DNA of 46,754 nucleotides from Candidatus Paceibacter sp. (GTDB lineage Bacteria; Patescibacteriota; Minisyncoccia; Phycocordibacterales; GCA-2747955): NCBI GenBank assembly GCA_014237915.1, contig JABACC010000012.1, positions 1 to 46,754 of the forward strand, read 5' to 3'. Shown piece by piece: positions 1 to 9,910 of this stretch (position 1 is its first letter; each line of letters starts with the position of its first letter). The notes under the pieces were generated by a model. It saw only the letters and a program-made list of their open reading frames with translations, ran no database searches and was not told where the DNA came from. The position numbers and the translations under genes were made by a program.

Positions 1-1103
1 GATATGATGATGGAGATGAGTTTGAAGAAAAGGTTTCTGGTTTAGATGAAGATGAGAAGTATTACTTTAGAGCTTGTGCTGAAGATGAAGATGGAGATAT
101 TGTTTCTGGGTCTGTGAGGTCTTTTACTACAGATGATGAGGGGGGTAATTTTTTTATAACAACCCCTCCTCGTTTTGATGGCGAAGATTTATCTGTAATA
201 ACAAATACCGCAACATCTATTATCAGTTCTGCAGCTACACTAAATCTTTTGGCTACTGGGGAATATTTTGGAGGAGAGTGTAATTTTATTTGGGGAACTT
301 CTCCAAATAATATGCCTTTTGTAACTGAATCTAGAGATAGAAATTTAGATGGTGTTGCAACTTGCTCAGAAAGAATCTTTGGTCTATCTTCAAATACAAC
401 TTATTATTATCAAGGATGGTTTAGTGGAGAAAACGGCTTAGTAAGATCTTTTACCACAAACTCTTCTGGAATAGTTTTTGTTCCTATTGAAAACAATAAT
501 GTTGAGCAAGTGGTGGAGGATGAGTTTTTAAGTATCTCAAAATTTGTTTCACTAGATGAAATAAGTGGGTTTTCAGATGAGGTTTCCTCAGAATCAGAAG
601 ATCTTGTTTATTACAAAATTAAAGTTGTAAATAATACTGGAGAAAAAGTTGAGAGTATAAAGGTTACTGATTACATTCCCTTTTTTCTAGAACTTGATGA
701 AGATGAATCTATTGAGGATCTTTCTCAAAAAGAAATTGTTTGGGCTAATTTTTCTTTAGAAAAAGGAGAGATTAGGGAGTTTGTAACAGAACTTAAGATT
801 TCTAAAGATGTAAGAGTTGGTGACGAAATTATTTCTTCTGCAAAAATTGAGTATGACGGAGTGGTGGAAAATACAAACGATGTTATTATAAAAATTGAGG
901 ATGGTTTCTTTGCACAAGGAGGTCTTTTAGGTTTTGGTCTTTCAGGTCTTGGTTTGTTTATTTGGTTTATTCTTATTATTTTACTTCTTATAATAGCTTA
1001 TCTTCTTTATAGATTAATTTTTTTCAAGAAAGAAGAGAAAAAAGAAAAAACTAAAGAAATAGAAATTAAAGAAAATGGAGATGTTTTTTATCCTAAGTTT
1101 TAA
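1..1103 (+). CDS. 5'-truncated membrane-anchored surface protein (FN3-like repeats, DUF11-like Ig domain, C-terminal TM)
   Basis: The frame is open from position 3 (YDDGDEFEEKVSGLDEDEKYYFRACAEDEDG...VRSFTT), so the gene starts before the window. There are two modules ending VRSFTT, a YKIKVVNNTG...VTDYIP DUF11-like segment, and a C-terminal hydrophobic helix followed by a Lys-rich tail. Confidence 0.7.
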   Translation, partial: YDDGDEFEEKVSGLDEDEKYYFRACAEDEDGDIVSGSVRSFTTDDEGGNFFITTPPRFDGEDLSVITNTATSIISSAATLNLLATGEYFGGECNFIWGTSPNNMPFVTESRDRNLDGVATCSERIFGLSSNTTYYYQGWFSGENGLVRSFTTNSSGIVFVPIENNNVEQVVEDEFLSISKFVSLDEISGFSDEVSSESEDLVYYKIKVVNNTGEKVESIKVTDYIPFFLELDEDESIEDLSQKEIVWANFSLEKGEIREFVTELKISKDVRVGDEIISSAKIEYDGVVENTNDVIIKIEDGFFAQGGLLGFGLSGLGLFIWFILIILLLIIAYLLYRLIFFKKEEKKEKTKEIEIKENGDVFYPKF

Positions 1104-1127
1104 AAATAAAAAAAGATAAAAAATATT

Positions 1128-1451
1128 TTAATTTTTTAAAAAATTTAAAATACTATCTTTTAAAAAAATTAAATCCTCTTTGGATTTAATTTTTTTATTT
1201 AAAATAAAAATATAATCTTTATTTTTAATAAATTTTTGGTTTAGTTTTAAAAAAGCTAAAATTTGTCTTTTGTTTTTGTTTCTTTTAGCTGCTTTTTTTT
1301 CTATTTTTTTAGGAACAACAAAAGAAATTTTTTTTTTATCTTCTGTGTTTTTAAAAGTATATACATTAAAAAAGCTTTTTTTTAAAAAAGCCCCTTTTTT
1401 AAAAGTTTTTTCAAACTCTTTTTTTTTTAATCTGTTTTTTTTTGAAAACAT
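1128..1451 (-). CDS. rnpA: ribonuclease P protein component
   Basis: KKNRLKKKEF N-terminus and a KKAAKRNKNKRQI RNR motif; lies directly downstream of rpmH. Confidence 0.9.
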   Translation of the reverse strand: MFSKKNRLKKKEFEKTFKKGAFLKKSFFNVYTFKNTEDKKKISFVVPKKIEKKAAKRNKNKRQILAFLKLNQKFIKNKDYIFILNKKIKSKEDLIFLKDSILNFLKN

Positions 1452-1454
1452 TTT

Positions 1455-1589
1455 CTAGACAGAAAGTTTTTTTCTACCTTTTCTTAATCTTCTAAGTAGC
1501 ACGTTTTTTCCATTTGAAGTTTTTTTTCTTGCTAAAAAACCATGGGTTGTTTTCCTTTTTTTATTTTTTGGTTGGTATGTTTGTGACAT
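1455..1589 (-). CDS. rpmH: 50S ribosomal protein L34 (not in ORF track)
   Basis: Manual translation gives [44 protein letters not shown] (44 aa), with the L34 TYQP...HGF motif. Position is canonical, divergent from dnaA. Confidence 0.97.
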   Translation of the reverse strand: MSQTYQPKNKKRKTTHGFLARKKTSNGKNVLLRRLRKGRKKLSV

Positions 1590-1755
1590 TTTCTAAAAAT
1601 TATTTTTTTAATTATAATATAAAATAGTTTTAAAAAAAGCCTTATTTTTTATATATCCACAAAATATTAACAACTTAATTAACAAAATATAATTTTATAA
1701 AATGAGTTTTATAAATATAATTTTAATAATATTATTTTTAAATTCATAATTTTAA
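1590..1755. promoter_or_regulatory. rpmH-dnaA intergenic region, part of putative oriC
   Basis: ATATCCACA at 1653-1661 (one mismatch to TTATCCACA); extremely AT-rich; contains divergent promoters. Confidence 0.5.
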
Positions 1756-3135
1756 ATGGCGAGTACTATAAAAAAAAATAAAGAAAAAATTTGGGAAAGT
1801 GTTTTATTAAACCTTGAGCTAAGTATTTCAAAAGCTAATTTTAATACATGGTTTAAAGAAACAGATTTAAAAAAAATTGATTCAGGGGTTGCCACAATTG
1901 TTGTTCCAAATCAATTTGTAAAAAATTGGATTGTTGAAAAATTTAGTAAAATTATTTTAAAAAGTTTAATAGAGATTGAGGAAAGTATTAGAACAATAGA
2001 TTTTATTATTGAAAAAAAAACCACCATACCTGCTTTAGAAAAAAAAAATGGAAGAAAAAAAAATGAGGAAAACGAAAAAAACACTCTTCTTCCTCTTAAA
2101 GAAAACAAGACAGATAAAAAAGATAATTTAAATCCTAAATATACTTTTAATACTTTTATAATTGGGTCTTTTAATGAGCTGGCTTTTCAGGCTTCTCAAG
2201 TTATTATAAAAAAATCTGCTAATCTATATAATCCCTTTTTAGTTTATGGAAATACTGGTTATGGAAAAACTCATTTAATTCAAGCTCTTGGTAATGAAAT
2301 TAAAGAAAAAGATCCTGAAAAAAAAATATATTATATGACTTCAGAACAATTTTATATGGATGTTGTTGATTTTATTGGACTGAGATCTAATAAAACCAAT
2401 AATTTTAAACAAAAATATAGAAATTATGATGTTTTAATTATGGATGATATTCAATTTTTATCAAAAAAAGAAAAAACCCAAGAAGAACTTTTTCATCTTT
2501 TTAACCACCTTCACAATGAAGGAAAACAAATAATTTTATCTTCTGATAAACACCCTAATCAAATTTTAGATATTGAGGATAGATTAAGATCTAGATTTTC
2601 TGCTGGTATGATTATTGATATTCAAGGGCCTGATTATGAATCAAGGTTTGAAATTTTAAAAAGTAAGGCAAAAGAACGTAATTTTATAGTTCAAGATGAT
2701 ATTTTAGAATATATTTCTTCTGCTGTTTCTGGAAATATTAGAGAGCTTGAGGGTATTTTAAATAATATTATTATTCAATCAGAAATAAAAAAACAACCTC
2801 TTTCTTTAAATTCTGTTAAAAATATTGTAAAAAATAATTTCAAAAAAAGACAGCTTCTTTCTTCTGATGAGTTAGTAGATATTGTTTCTAATTATTACAA
2901 TATTGAAAGTTCTAATGTTTTCAAAAAGATTAGAAAAAAAGAATTTGTTAAACCAAGACAAATAATTATGTATTTATTAAGAGAAGATTTTGCAGGATCT
3001 TATCCTTCAATTGGAGAGAAACTTGGTGGTAGGGATCACACTACTGTAATGCATTCTCATGAAAAAATAAAAAATGAATTAAAAAAAGATTCTTCCCTTC
3101 AACGGGATATTGAGTTGATAAGATCGATGTATTAA
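1756..3135 (+). CDS. dnaA: chromosomal replication initiator DnaA
   Basis: Walker A GNTGYGKTHL, Walker B LIMDDIQF, RLRSRF, domain IV GGRDHTTVMHS. Confidence 0.99.
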   Translation: MASTIKKNKEKIWESVLLNLELSISKANFNTWFKETDLKKIDSGVATIVVPNQFVKNWIVEKFSKIILKSLIEIEESIRTIDFIIEKKTTIPALEKKNGRKKNEENEKNTLLPLKENKTDKKDNLNPKYTFNTFIIGSFNELAFQASQVIIKKSANLYNPFLVYGNTGYGKTHLIQALGNEIKEKDPEKKIYYMTSEQFYMDVVDFIGLRSNKTNNFKQKYRNYDVLIMDDIQFLSKKEKTQEELFHLFNHLHNEGKQIILSSDKHPNQILDIEDRLRSRFSAGMIIDIQGPDYESRFEILKSKAKERNFIVQDDILEYISSAVSGNIRELEGILNNIIIQSEIKKQPLSLNSVKNIVKNNFKKRQLLSSDELVDIVSNYYNIESSNVFKKIRKKEFVKPRQIIMYLLREDFAGSYPSIGEKLGGRDHTTVMHSHEKIKNELKKDSSLQRDIELIRSMY

Positions 3136-3366
3136 TGTATTTTTTGTTAACAAGATATTAATAATTTGTTTATAAAGATGTAAAAAGTATAAAAATTTTA
3201 AAAAATAATTATTAAAAAAGATGTTTTTTAATAATTAAAAACACTTTATTATTTTTTATAAACAAGTTATTAAAAAAAAATTTATCAAAATATCTTTTAA
3301 AGTAGGGGTTTAAAAGAAAATACACATAATCACAGAGCTTATAATTATTATTAATAATATATAAAA
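3136..3366. promoter_or_regulatory. dnaA-dnaN intergenic putative oriC
   Basis: Degenerate DnaA boxes TGTTTATAA (3167-3175) and TTATAAACA (3256-3264), weaker ones near 3318-3334, then an AT-only TAAT/TATT tract that could be an unwinding element. Confidence 0.55.
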
Positions 3367-4470
3367 ATGAAATTTATATCCTTAAAAGAAAAAGTGGAAA
3401 ACTTTATTAAAATATCAGAATTTTTTACTGGTAAGAATTTAGAACTTGAATCACTATCTTGTTTAAAATTAAAAACAGAAAAAAATAATTTAAATATTCA
3501 AGCAACAAACATAGATTCAGCTATTAATATAAATATTCCTGTAAAAACAATTAAAGAAGGGGAGATTTTAATTTCAGTAGATGTTTTTGTAAAAATTATT
3601 TTAAATATAGAAAACGAAGAAATTGTTTTTGAAAAAAAAGATAATTTTTTAATAATAGAAACAAAAAAAACAAAAACAGAAATAAATTTAAAAAAAACAG
3701 AAGACTTTCCATCTGTTCCAGAAATTAAAAAAGAAATAGAAGAAGATTTTTTAATAGATAAGGAAGATTTTATTCAAGGTTTAAAATCAGTTTATTTTTC
3801 AGCATCAAACTCAAATATAAAACCAGAGCTGTCTTCTGTTTTTTTAAATTTTAAAGAAGACAATATTTTTTTTGTGGCAACAGATGGAAGAAGATTATCT
3901 GAAAAAATAATAAAAAATAATAAAAAAATTAAAAAAGAAACTTCTTTTTTAATTCCAACAAACTCTGTTTTAAACGTGATAAAAACATTTGAAATATTTA
4001 ATAATATAAAAGAAATTTCTATTTTTATTTTTGAAGATCATATTTTTTTAAAACATAAAAATTTTGAAATTTTTTTAAGATTAACAGATGGAAATTTTCC
4101 GGATTATAAAAAAATTATTCCAGAAGAAAATGAAACCAGTCTTGTTTTGTTAAAAAATGATTTACTAAATGTTTTTAAAATTAATAATATTTTTTTAAAT
4201 GAATTTAACGAAGTTGTTTTATACACAGAGAAAAATTTTTTAATATTAGAAACTAAAGGAAATTTAGGAACATCGGTTAATAAATTAGATGTTGTTATTG
4301 ATGGAGAAAATATTAAATATAAATTTAATCAAAAATATATTATAGAAGTTTTTAATTCTTTAAAAGAAGATAGTGTTGAGTTTGTTTTTAATAAAAACAA
4401 ACCTTTAAAAATAAAAAACATTGGAGATAAAACTTTTACTTACATTGTAATGCCTATAGAGGAAAAATAG
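3367..4470 (+). CDS. dnaN: DNA polymerase III beta sliding clamp
   Basis: VATDGRRL, RLTDGNFPDYKKIIP, YIVMPI; follows dnaA. Confidence 0.97.
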   Translation: MKFISLKEKVENFIKISEFFTGKNLELESLSCLKLKTEKNNLNIQATNIDSAININIPVKTIKEGEILISVDVFVKIILNIENEEIVFEKKDNFLIIETKKTKTEINLKKTEDFPSVPEIKKEIEEDFLIDKEDFIQGLKSVYFSASNSNIKPELSSVFLNFKEDNIFFVATDGRRLSEKIIKNNKKIKKETSFLIPTNSVLNVIKTFEIFNNIKEISIFIFEDHIFLKHKNFEIFLRLTDGNFPDYKKIIPEENETSLVLLKNDLLNVFKINNIFLNEFNEVVLYTEKNFLILETKGNLGTSVNKLDVVIDGENIKYKFNQKYIIEVFNSLKEDSVEFVFNKNKPLKIKNIGDKTFTYIVMPIEEK

Positions 4471-4502
4471 TTTTTTGTTATAATTAAATTAAATTAAATT
4501 AA

Positions 4503-5786
4503 ATGAAAAGAGAAACAATTATTAAAATAATATTAACCATTTTTTTTATTGTTTTTTTTGGTTTTATTTTTTGGTATTTTTATACACCAGAAGAAAACCA
4601 AAAAACCAACCAAGAGGAAAATGATTTTTTTTCAAATATTTTTCCATCAAATGGAAATATTTCAGAAAATAATTTTTCAGAAGATAATGAAAATAATTTT
4701 TCAGAAGATAATGAAATCCAAATTCCAAAACTAAGACAACTTTCAAAAAATCCAACATCTTCAATTTATTTTTGGCAAAAAAAAGAAAATAAAGAATTTA
4801 ATATAAGATTTTTAGAAATAACTACTGGACATGTTTTTCAAACAGAAACAGATAATACAAATATTACAAGGGTTTCAAATACAACAATTCCAAGAATTAA
4901 AGAATCTTTCTGGGTTTCAGAGGATGAATTTTTTATTAGATACTTAAATTCTTTTGGAGATATAAAAACATTTTATTCTGTTTTAAAAAATAAAATTCCT
5001 CAAAGTCCACTTTCAAACAAAGAAAATGTAAATAATAATTCAAAAGATGATTATAAAAAAACAGAAGGAATTTTTTTTCCAGACAATATTAAAGAAATAG
5101 TTTTTAATAAAAACGAAAAAGAAATTTTTTATTTATTAGAAAATAATGAAGATGAAAATTCTAATAAAACAAAAGGTTATATAACAAATATAAATTCAAC
5201 AGAAAGAACTGAAATTTTTAATTCAGAATTAAAATATTGGAATATGAATTCTTTTTTTGATGAAAATATTTTGTTTTCACAAAAAAGTTCTTATAAAAAC
5301 TACACACCACTTTTTAATTTAAATAAAAACACAGGTGTTTTTGAAAAAATTTTTGAAGCTAAAAAAAGTTTAAATCACCTGGCATCAAAAGATTTTTCAA
5401 AAATATTAATTACTTATAAAGAAGATTTTGGAAATAATTTTGTTTTTGGAATTTTAGATTTAGAGACAAATAATTTTTTAGAAATAGATTCTTTTCCAAC
5501 AATTATAGAAAAATGTGTTTGGTCTGATTTAGGAAATATTTTTTGTGCAGGCCCAAGAGGTGGTTTTTCAGAAAAAGATCCAGACTCTTGGTATAAAGGT
5601 TTTTCTATTTTTGAAGATTTTATTTATAAAATAAATCCAGAAAATAGAAATGTGGAAATTATTTTTAACTCACAAAACGAAGAATATAGAAGTTTTGATA
5701 TAATAAATTTAGGAATTAGTGCTGATGAAAAATATTTATATTTTATAAATAAAAAAACATTTACTCCTTGGGTTTATAAAATTTAA
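4503..5786 (+). CDS. hypothetical membrane-anchored protein, probable beta-propeller ectodomain
   Basis: N-terminal TM, acidic Asn-rich linker, beta-rich body with CVWS...FCAGP and C-terminal LGISADEKYLYFIN. Confidence 0.7.
   Translation: MKRETIIKIILTIFFIVFFGFIFWYFYTPEENQKTNQEENDFFSNIFPSNGNISENNFSEDNENNFSEDNEIQIPKLRQLSKNPTSSIYFWQKKENKEFNIRFLEITTGHVFQTETDNTNITRVSNTTIPRIKESFWVSEDEFFIRYLNSFGDIKTFYSVLKNKIPQSPLSNKENVNNNSKDDYKKTEGIFFPDNIKEIVFNKNEKEIFYLLENNEDENSNKTKGYITNINSTERTEIFNSELKYWNMNSFFDENILFSQKSSYKNYTPLFNLNKNTGVFEKIFEAKKSLNHLASKDFSKILITYKEDFGNNFVFGILDLETNNFLEIDSFPTIIEKCVWSDLGNIFCAGPRGGFSEKDPDSWYKGFSIFEDFIYKINPENRNVEIIFNSQNEEYRSFDIINLGISADEKYLYFINKKTFTPWVYKI
4665..4716 (+). repeat. 24-bp in-frame tandem duplication (ENNFSEDN x2)
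   Basis: gaaaataatttttcagaagataat occurs twice back to back in the linker of the 4503 gene. Confidence 0.9.
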
Positions 5787-5801
5787 CTTTTTAAAACTAA
5801 A

Positions 5802-5873
5802 GCTTCTGTGGTGAAATGGATATCACAACGGTCTTCGGAACCGTTATTGGGGGTTCGAATCCCTCCAGGAGCA
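5802..5873 (+). tRNA. tRNA-Arg(TCG)
   Basis: Acceptor gcttctg/caggagc, anticodon arm acggt-cttcgga-accgt, T-loop gttcgaatc; CCA not encoded. Confidence 0.95.
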
Positions 5874-5937
5874 CAATTTTTTATTTTTTATAAAAACTTA
5901 ATTCATTTTTTTGGTTTTTGGTGTTAAAATTTAAACA

Positions 5938-7014
5938 ATGTTTAAAAAAATTTATTTATTTATTTTTCTAATAACACCTTTTTTTTCTGGAGCTTTTGAT
6001 TTATCAAATATACAAACAGAGAGAGGTTTAGAAATGAGGATTTCACCAGAGTTTCCAGAAAGTAATAATGTTGTTTTTGTAGAAATTTATTCTCTTTCTT
6101 TTAATATAGATAAATCTGAAAATTTTTTTTATATAGATAATATTTTACAAAAAAACGGGAAAGGTATTAAAAATTTTTCTTTTATTTCAAATCCAGAAAA
6201 ACAAACAACAAGTTTAAAAATAGTTTCGATAAGCCAAGAAGGTAGAGAGTTTTTTTTGGAAAAAGAAATTTCTGGATCAAGCCTTGATTTATTATATGAA
6301 CCACTAAACACATACACACCAAATTTTTACAAAGGAAGATCTTTGGAAATTTCAAACTCAGATATTATTTTTAATGCAGAAGCAAGTTTTTATAAAAATG
6401 GAGAAAAATTAAACCCAAACGAATTGGTGTATAATTGGTATTTAAATAAAAACTTTGATTTAAACAATTCAGGATATGGAAAAAAAACTTTTCAAACAGA
6501 AACAAAACCTTGGCCTCGAGAAACAGAAGTAGAAGTAGAAGTCAGAGATCTTTTAGACGAAATTATTCTAAAGAAAAAAATTAAACTTATTCCAGAGGAA
6601 AATAGTGAAATTATTTTTTATAAAACAAACCCAGAGACTGGCTTTTTTTTAAAAGATCCTTTTTTAAGTGGGTTGGTTTTTTCTTATGAAAAAGATACCT
6701 TAATTCAAGCTGTTCCTTATTATTTTTCTGGAATAAAAAACCAAAACAAAACAGATTTTATTTGGCTTTTAGGAAACAAAAAAACAGAAGCGTTTGGTGA
6801 AGATAGAGACAAAATAAACATTGTAAATGGTTTTAGTGAAAAAACAGAAATAGGAGTTTCACTTGAAATAAAAAATAAAGAAAAATTTTTTCAATTTGGA
6901 AGAGGATCTTTTTCTCTTGTTTTAGATAATTTTGAAAAAACAAACCTTAATTTTTTTAATCAATCAAACACAGAATTTATAAATAATCCAAACCAAGGAA
7001 TTTTCGGTCTTTAA
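5938..7014 (+). CDS. hypothetical exported protein (Ig-like domains)
   Basis: Signal-peptide-like N-terminus; long ORF with host-like codon usage; repeated Y-x-W-x-L-N-like motifs. Confidence 0.65.
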   Translation: MFKKIYLFIFLITPFFSGAFDLSNIQTERGLEMRISPEFPESNNVVFVEIYSLSFNIDKSENFFYIDNILQKNGKGIKNFSFISNPEKQTTSLKIVSISQEGREFFLEKEISGSSLDLLYEPLNTYTPNFYKGRSLEISNSDIIFNAEASFYKNGEKLNPNELVYNWYLNKNFDLNNSGYGKKTFQTETKPWPRETEVEVEVRDLLDEIILKKKIKLIPEENSEIIFYKTNPETGFFLKDPFLSGLVFSYEKDTLIQAVPYYFSGIKNQNKTDFIWLLGNKKTEAFGEDRDKINIVNGFSEKTEIGVSLEIKNKEKFFQFGRGSFSLVLDNFEKTNLNFFNQSNTEFINNPNQGIFGL

Positions 7015-7030
7015 TTTTAAGTTTTAAAAA

Positions 7031-9910
7031 ATGAAAAAATATAATCCTAAAAAAATAGAAAAAAAATGGCAGAAAAATTGGCAAGAAAAAAAAATTCATA
7101 AAACAAATTCAAACAAAAAGGGTAAAAAAGGAAATTTTTATCTTTTAGACATGTTTCCATACCCATCAGGAGAAGGTTTTCATATGGGGCACCTAGAGTC
7201 TTACACAATTTCTGATGTTTTTTATAGATATAAAAAAATGCAAGGGTTTAATGTTTTACACCCGCAAGGTTTGGATTCTTTCGGACTTCCAGCAGAAAAC
7301 TATGCTATTAAAACAGGAACTCATCCAAAAAAAACAACACAAAAAAACTCAAAAAACTTTTTAAGACAATGGACTGAAATTGGATCAGGGCACGATTTAG
7401 AAAATATTTTAATAACCTCAAACCCAGAATATTACAAGTGGACACAATGGCTTTTTGGAGAATTTTTTAAAAATAACTTAACACAAAGGAAAAAAGAAAA
7501 AACTAATTGGTGTCCTTCTTGTAAAACAATAATTTCAAACGAGCAGGTTGAGTCTGGGAAATGTGAAAGGTGTAAAAGTGAAATTTTACAAAAAGAAATT
7601 TTTTCGTGGTTTTTTAAAATAACAGATTTTTCAGACGCTTTAATAAAAGATTTAGAAAAAGTGGATTGGCCAGAACATACAAAAAAAAATCAAACAAATT
7701 GGATTGGAAAAAAAGAAGGTGCTGAAATTGAATTTTCTGTAATAGAAAAAGATTTTGTAGATATAAACAATGACGGAGGAAAAGATTCATACAAAAAAGG
7801 AGTTAAAGAGGTTGAAAGAGACAACGTTGTTGTAATTGTAGAACACCCGAAAGAAGACAAATTTTTATGTTTAAAATGGAAAAAAGTAGACTGGCAAGGG
7901 TTTGTTACAGGAGGGATAGAAGATGGGCAAACAGCTAAGCAAACAGCAGAGCAAGAAGTTATTGAGGAAACAGGGTATCAAAACCCAGAGGTTGTGAAAG
8001 TTTACAATAATTTTTCACATGGAAAATTTTTTCATGTTGGTAAAAAAGTAAACAGGTTTGCTCACTATCAAATCGTGCACGTTAAACTTAAAAATTTAAA
8101 AAGAAAAGAAAGAAATGAGGAAGAAAAAGAAATCGCTGATTTTTTCTGGACAGATAAGAAAAAAGTAGAAAGTTTTTTAAAAAGAGAAGATATGAAATAT
8201 CCATGGAGAGTTTTTAATAATAAAAATTTTTTAAAAGAAAAAATAAAAACTTTCACCACAAGAGCAGATACTTTATATGGCGTAACATATCTTGTTTTAG
8301 CTCCTGAAAATAATTTTATAAAAAACATTTGGGACAGAATTGAAAAAAAAAAAGAAGTTGAAAAATATCAAGAAAAAACTTTTAAAAAAACAGAAAAACA
8401 AAGACTTGAAAATAAAGAAAAAACAGGAGTAAAAATCGAAGGAGTTTTTGCAGAAAATCCAGCTACAAAAGAAAAAATTCCGATTTTTATTTCAGACTAT
8501 GTTTTAGGCGGTTATGGAACCGGATCTGTTATGGCGGTTCCTGCGCACGATCAAAGAGATTTTGATTTTGCAAAAAAATTTAATTTAGAAATTAAAAATG
8601 TTGTTTCCAAAAATAACAAAGAAAAAGAAATCAAAGAAGATGTTTTTCAAGGAGAGGGAATTTTAAAAAACTCTGAGGAATTTTCTGGTATGGATTCAGA
8701 AAAAGCTAGAGAAAAAATTATTAAAAAATTTGGAAAGAAAAAAAATACTTATAGGCTTCGCGACTGGTCTGTTTCTCGCCAAAGATATTGGGGCACCCCA
8801 ATTCCAATAGTTTACTCACCAAAAGGAGAGCCAAAATTTGTGGGAGAGAAAAATCTTCCATGGTTGCTACCTGAAGATGTAGATTTTAAACCAGATGGAA
8901 CAGCGCCACTTGAAAAATCAAAGGAGCTTAAAAAAAGAACAGAAAAAATTTTTGGAAAAGGTTGGAAACCAGAAACTGAAACAATGGATACTTTTGTAGA
9001 TTCAGCTTGGTATTTTTTAAGACATCCAGATTCAAAAAATAAAAAAGAATTTTGTTCTGAAAAAATGAAAAAATTTTGGATACCAAAAGGAGTCGATTTA
9101 TACATAGGTGGAGCAGAGCACACCTATATGCATCTTTTATACGCAAGATTTTTTGTTAAAGCTCTAAAAAAAATAGGGCACTTAAATTTTTCAGAACCTT
9201 TTTTAAAACTTCGCCACCAAGGATTTGTTTGTGATGAGAGTGGAAAAAAAATGTCAAAATCAAAAGGAAATGTGGTAAACCCAGACGATGTTATAAAAAA
9301 ATTTGGAGCAGACGCCGCGAGGGTTTATATGATGTTTGCAGCCCCAGTTGAAGACGATGTAATTTGGAAAGAAGAAAGTGTGGTTGGAGCTTATCGGTTT
9401 TTAGAAAAAGTTTGGAAAATTGGGGAATATTTAGAAAAAAAATCTTCAAAAGAAGTTGAAAAAAATTTACATAAATTAATAAAAAAAGTTTCTTCACAAA
9501 TTGAAGATTTAAAATACAACACAGCAATTTCAGATATGATGAAATTTATAAATGTTCTTGAAAAAGAAAAAGAAATTTCTAAAAAAGATTTTTCTAGTTT
9601 TTTAAAACTTCTACACCCTTTTGCTCCGCATGTTTGCGAAGAGCTTTACAATGAAAAAATTGAGAAAAAAAATATTTTATTAACTCCTTGGCCAAAATAT
9701 GACGAGAAAAAAACAGAAGAAGAAAATTTTTTCTTGGTGGTGCAAGTTTTGGGGAAAAAAAGGGCTGGAATAGAAATTTCAAAAAGCAAAAATCAAAAAG
9801 AAATCGAAAGTATTTGTTTGAAAAATCCCGAGGTTAAAAAGTGGATAGAAGGAAAAAAAATAAAAAAAATAATTTACGTTCCAGAAAAAATTTTAAATAT
9901 TGTTGTTTAG
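7031..9910 (+). CDS. leuS: leucyl-tRNA synthetase with inserted NUDIX domain
   Basis: MFPYPSGEGFHMGH (HIGH), KMSKS, zinc knuckle CPSC...CERC. A ~165-aa insertion carries a NUDIX box GGIEDGQTAKQTAEQEVIEETG. Confidence 0.97.
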   Translation: MKKYNPKKIEKKWQKNWQEKKIHKTNSNKKGKKGNFYLLDMFPYPSGEGFHMGHLESYTISDVFYRYKKMQGFNVLHPQGLDSFGLPAENYAIKTGTHPKKTTQKNSKNFLRQWTEIGSGHDLENILITSNPEYYKWTQWLFGEFFKNNLTQRKKEKTNWCPSCKTIISNEQVESGKCERCKSEILQKEIFSWFFKITDFSDALIKDLEKVDWPEHTKKNQTNWIGKKEGAEIEFSVIEKDFVDINNDGGKDSYKKGVKEVERDNVVVIVEHPKEDKFLCLKWKKVDWQGFVTGGIEDGQTAKQTAEQEVIEETGYQNPEVVKVYNNFSHGKFFHVGKKVNRFAHYQIVHVKLKNLKRKERNEEEKEIADFFWTDKKKVESFLKREDMKYPWRVFNNKNFLKEKIKTFTTRADTLYGVTYLVLAPENNFIKNIWDRIEKKKEVEKYQEKTFKKTEKQRLENKEKTGVKIEGVFAENPATKEKIPIFISDYVLGGYGTGSVMAVPAHDQRDFDFAKKFNLEIKNVVSKNNKEKEIKEDVFQGEGILKNSEEFSGMDSEKAREKIIKKFGKKKNTYRLRDWSVSRQRYWGTPIPIVYSPKGEPKFVGEKNLPWLLPEDVDFKPDGTAPLEKSKELKKRTEKIFGKGWKPETETMDTFVDSAWYFLRHPDSKNKKEFCSEKMKKFWIPKGVDLYIGGAEHTYMHLLYARFFVKALKKIGHLNFSEPFLKLRHQGFVCDESGKKMSKSKGNVVNPDDVIKKFGADAARVYMMFAAPVEDDVIWKEESVVGAYRFLEKVWKIGEYLEKKSSKEVEKNLHKLIKKVSSQIEDLKYNTAISDMMKFINVLEKEKEISKKDFSSFLKLLHPFAPHVCEELYNEKIEKKNILLTPWPKYDEKKTEEENFFLVVQVLGKKRAGIEISKSKNQKEIESICLKNPEVKKWIEGKKIKKIIYVPEKILNIVV

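Noticed and set aside
1-4470. Apparent shift from T-ending to A-ending codons across dnaA/dnaN suggesting a strand-skew switch
   Set aside because: Later genes did not show a consistent trend by eye; this needs a computed cumulative skew.
4665-4716. 24-bp tandem duplication as a contingency locus
   Set aside because: In frame, only two copies, in a disordered linker; ordinary slippage.
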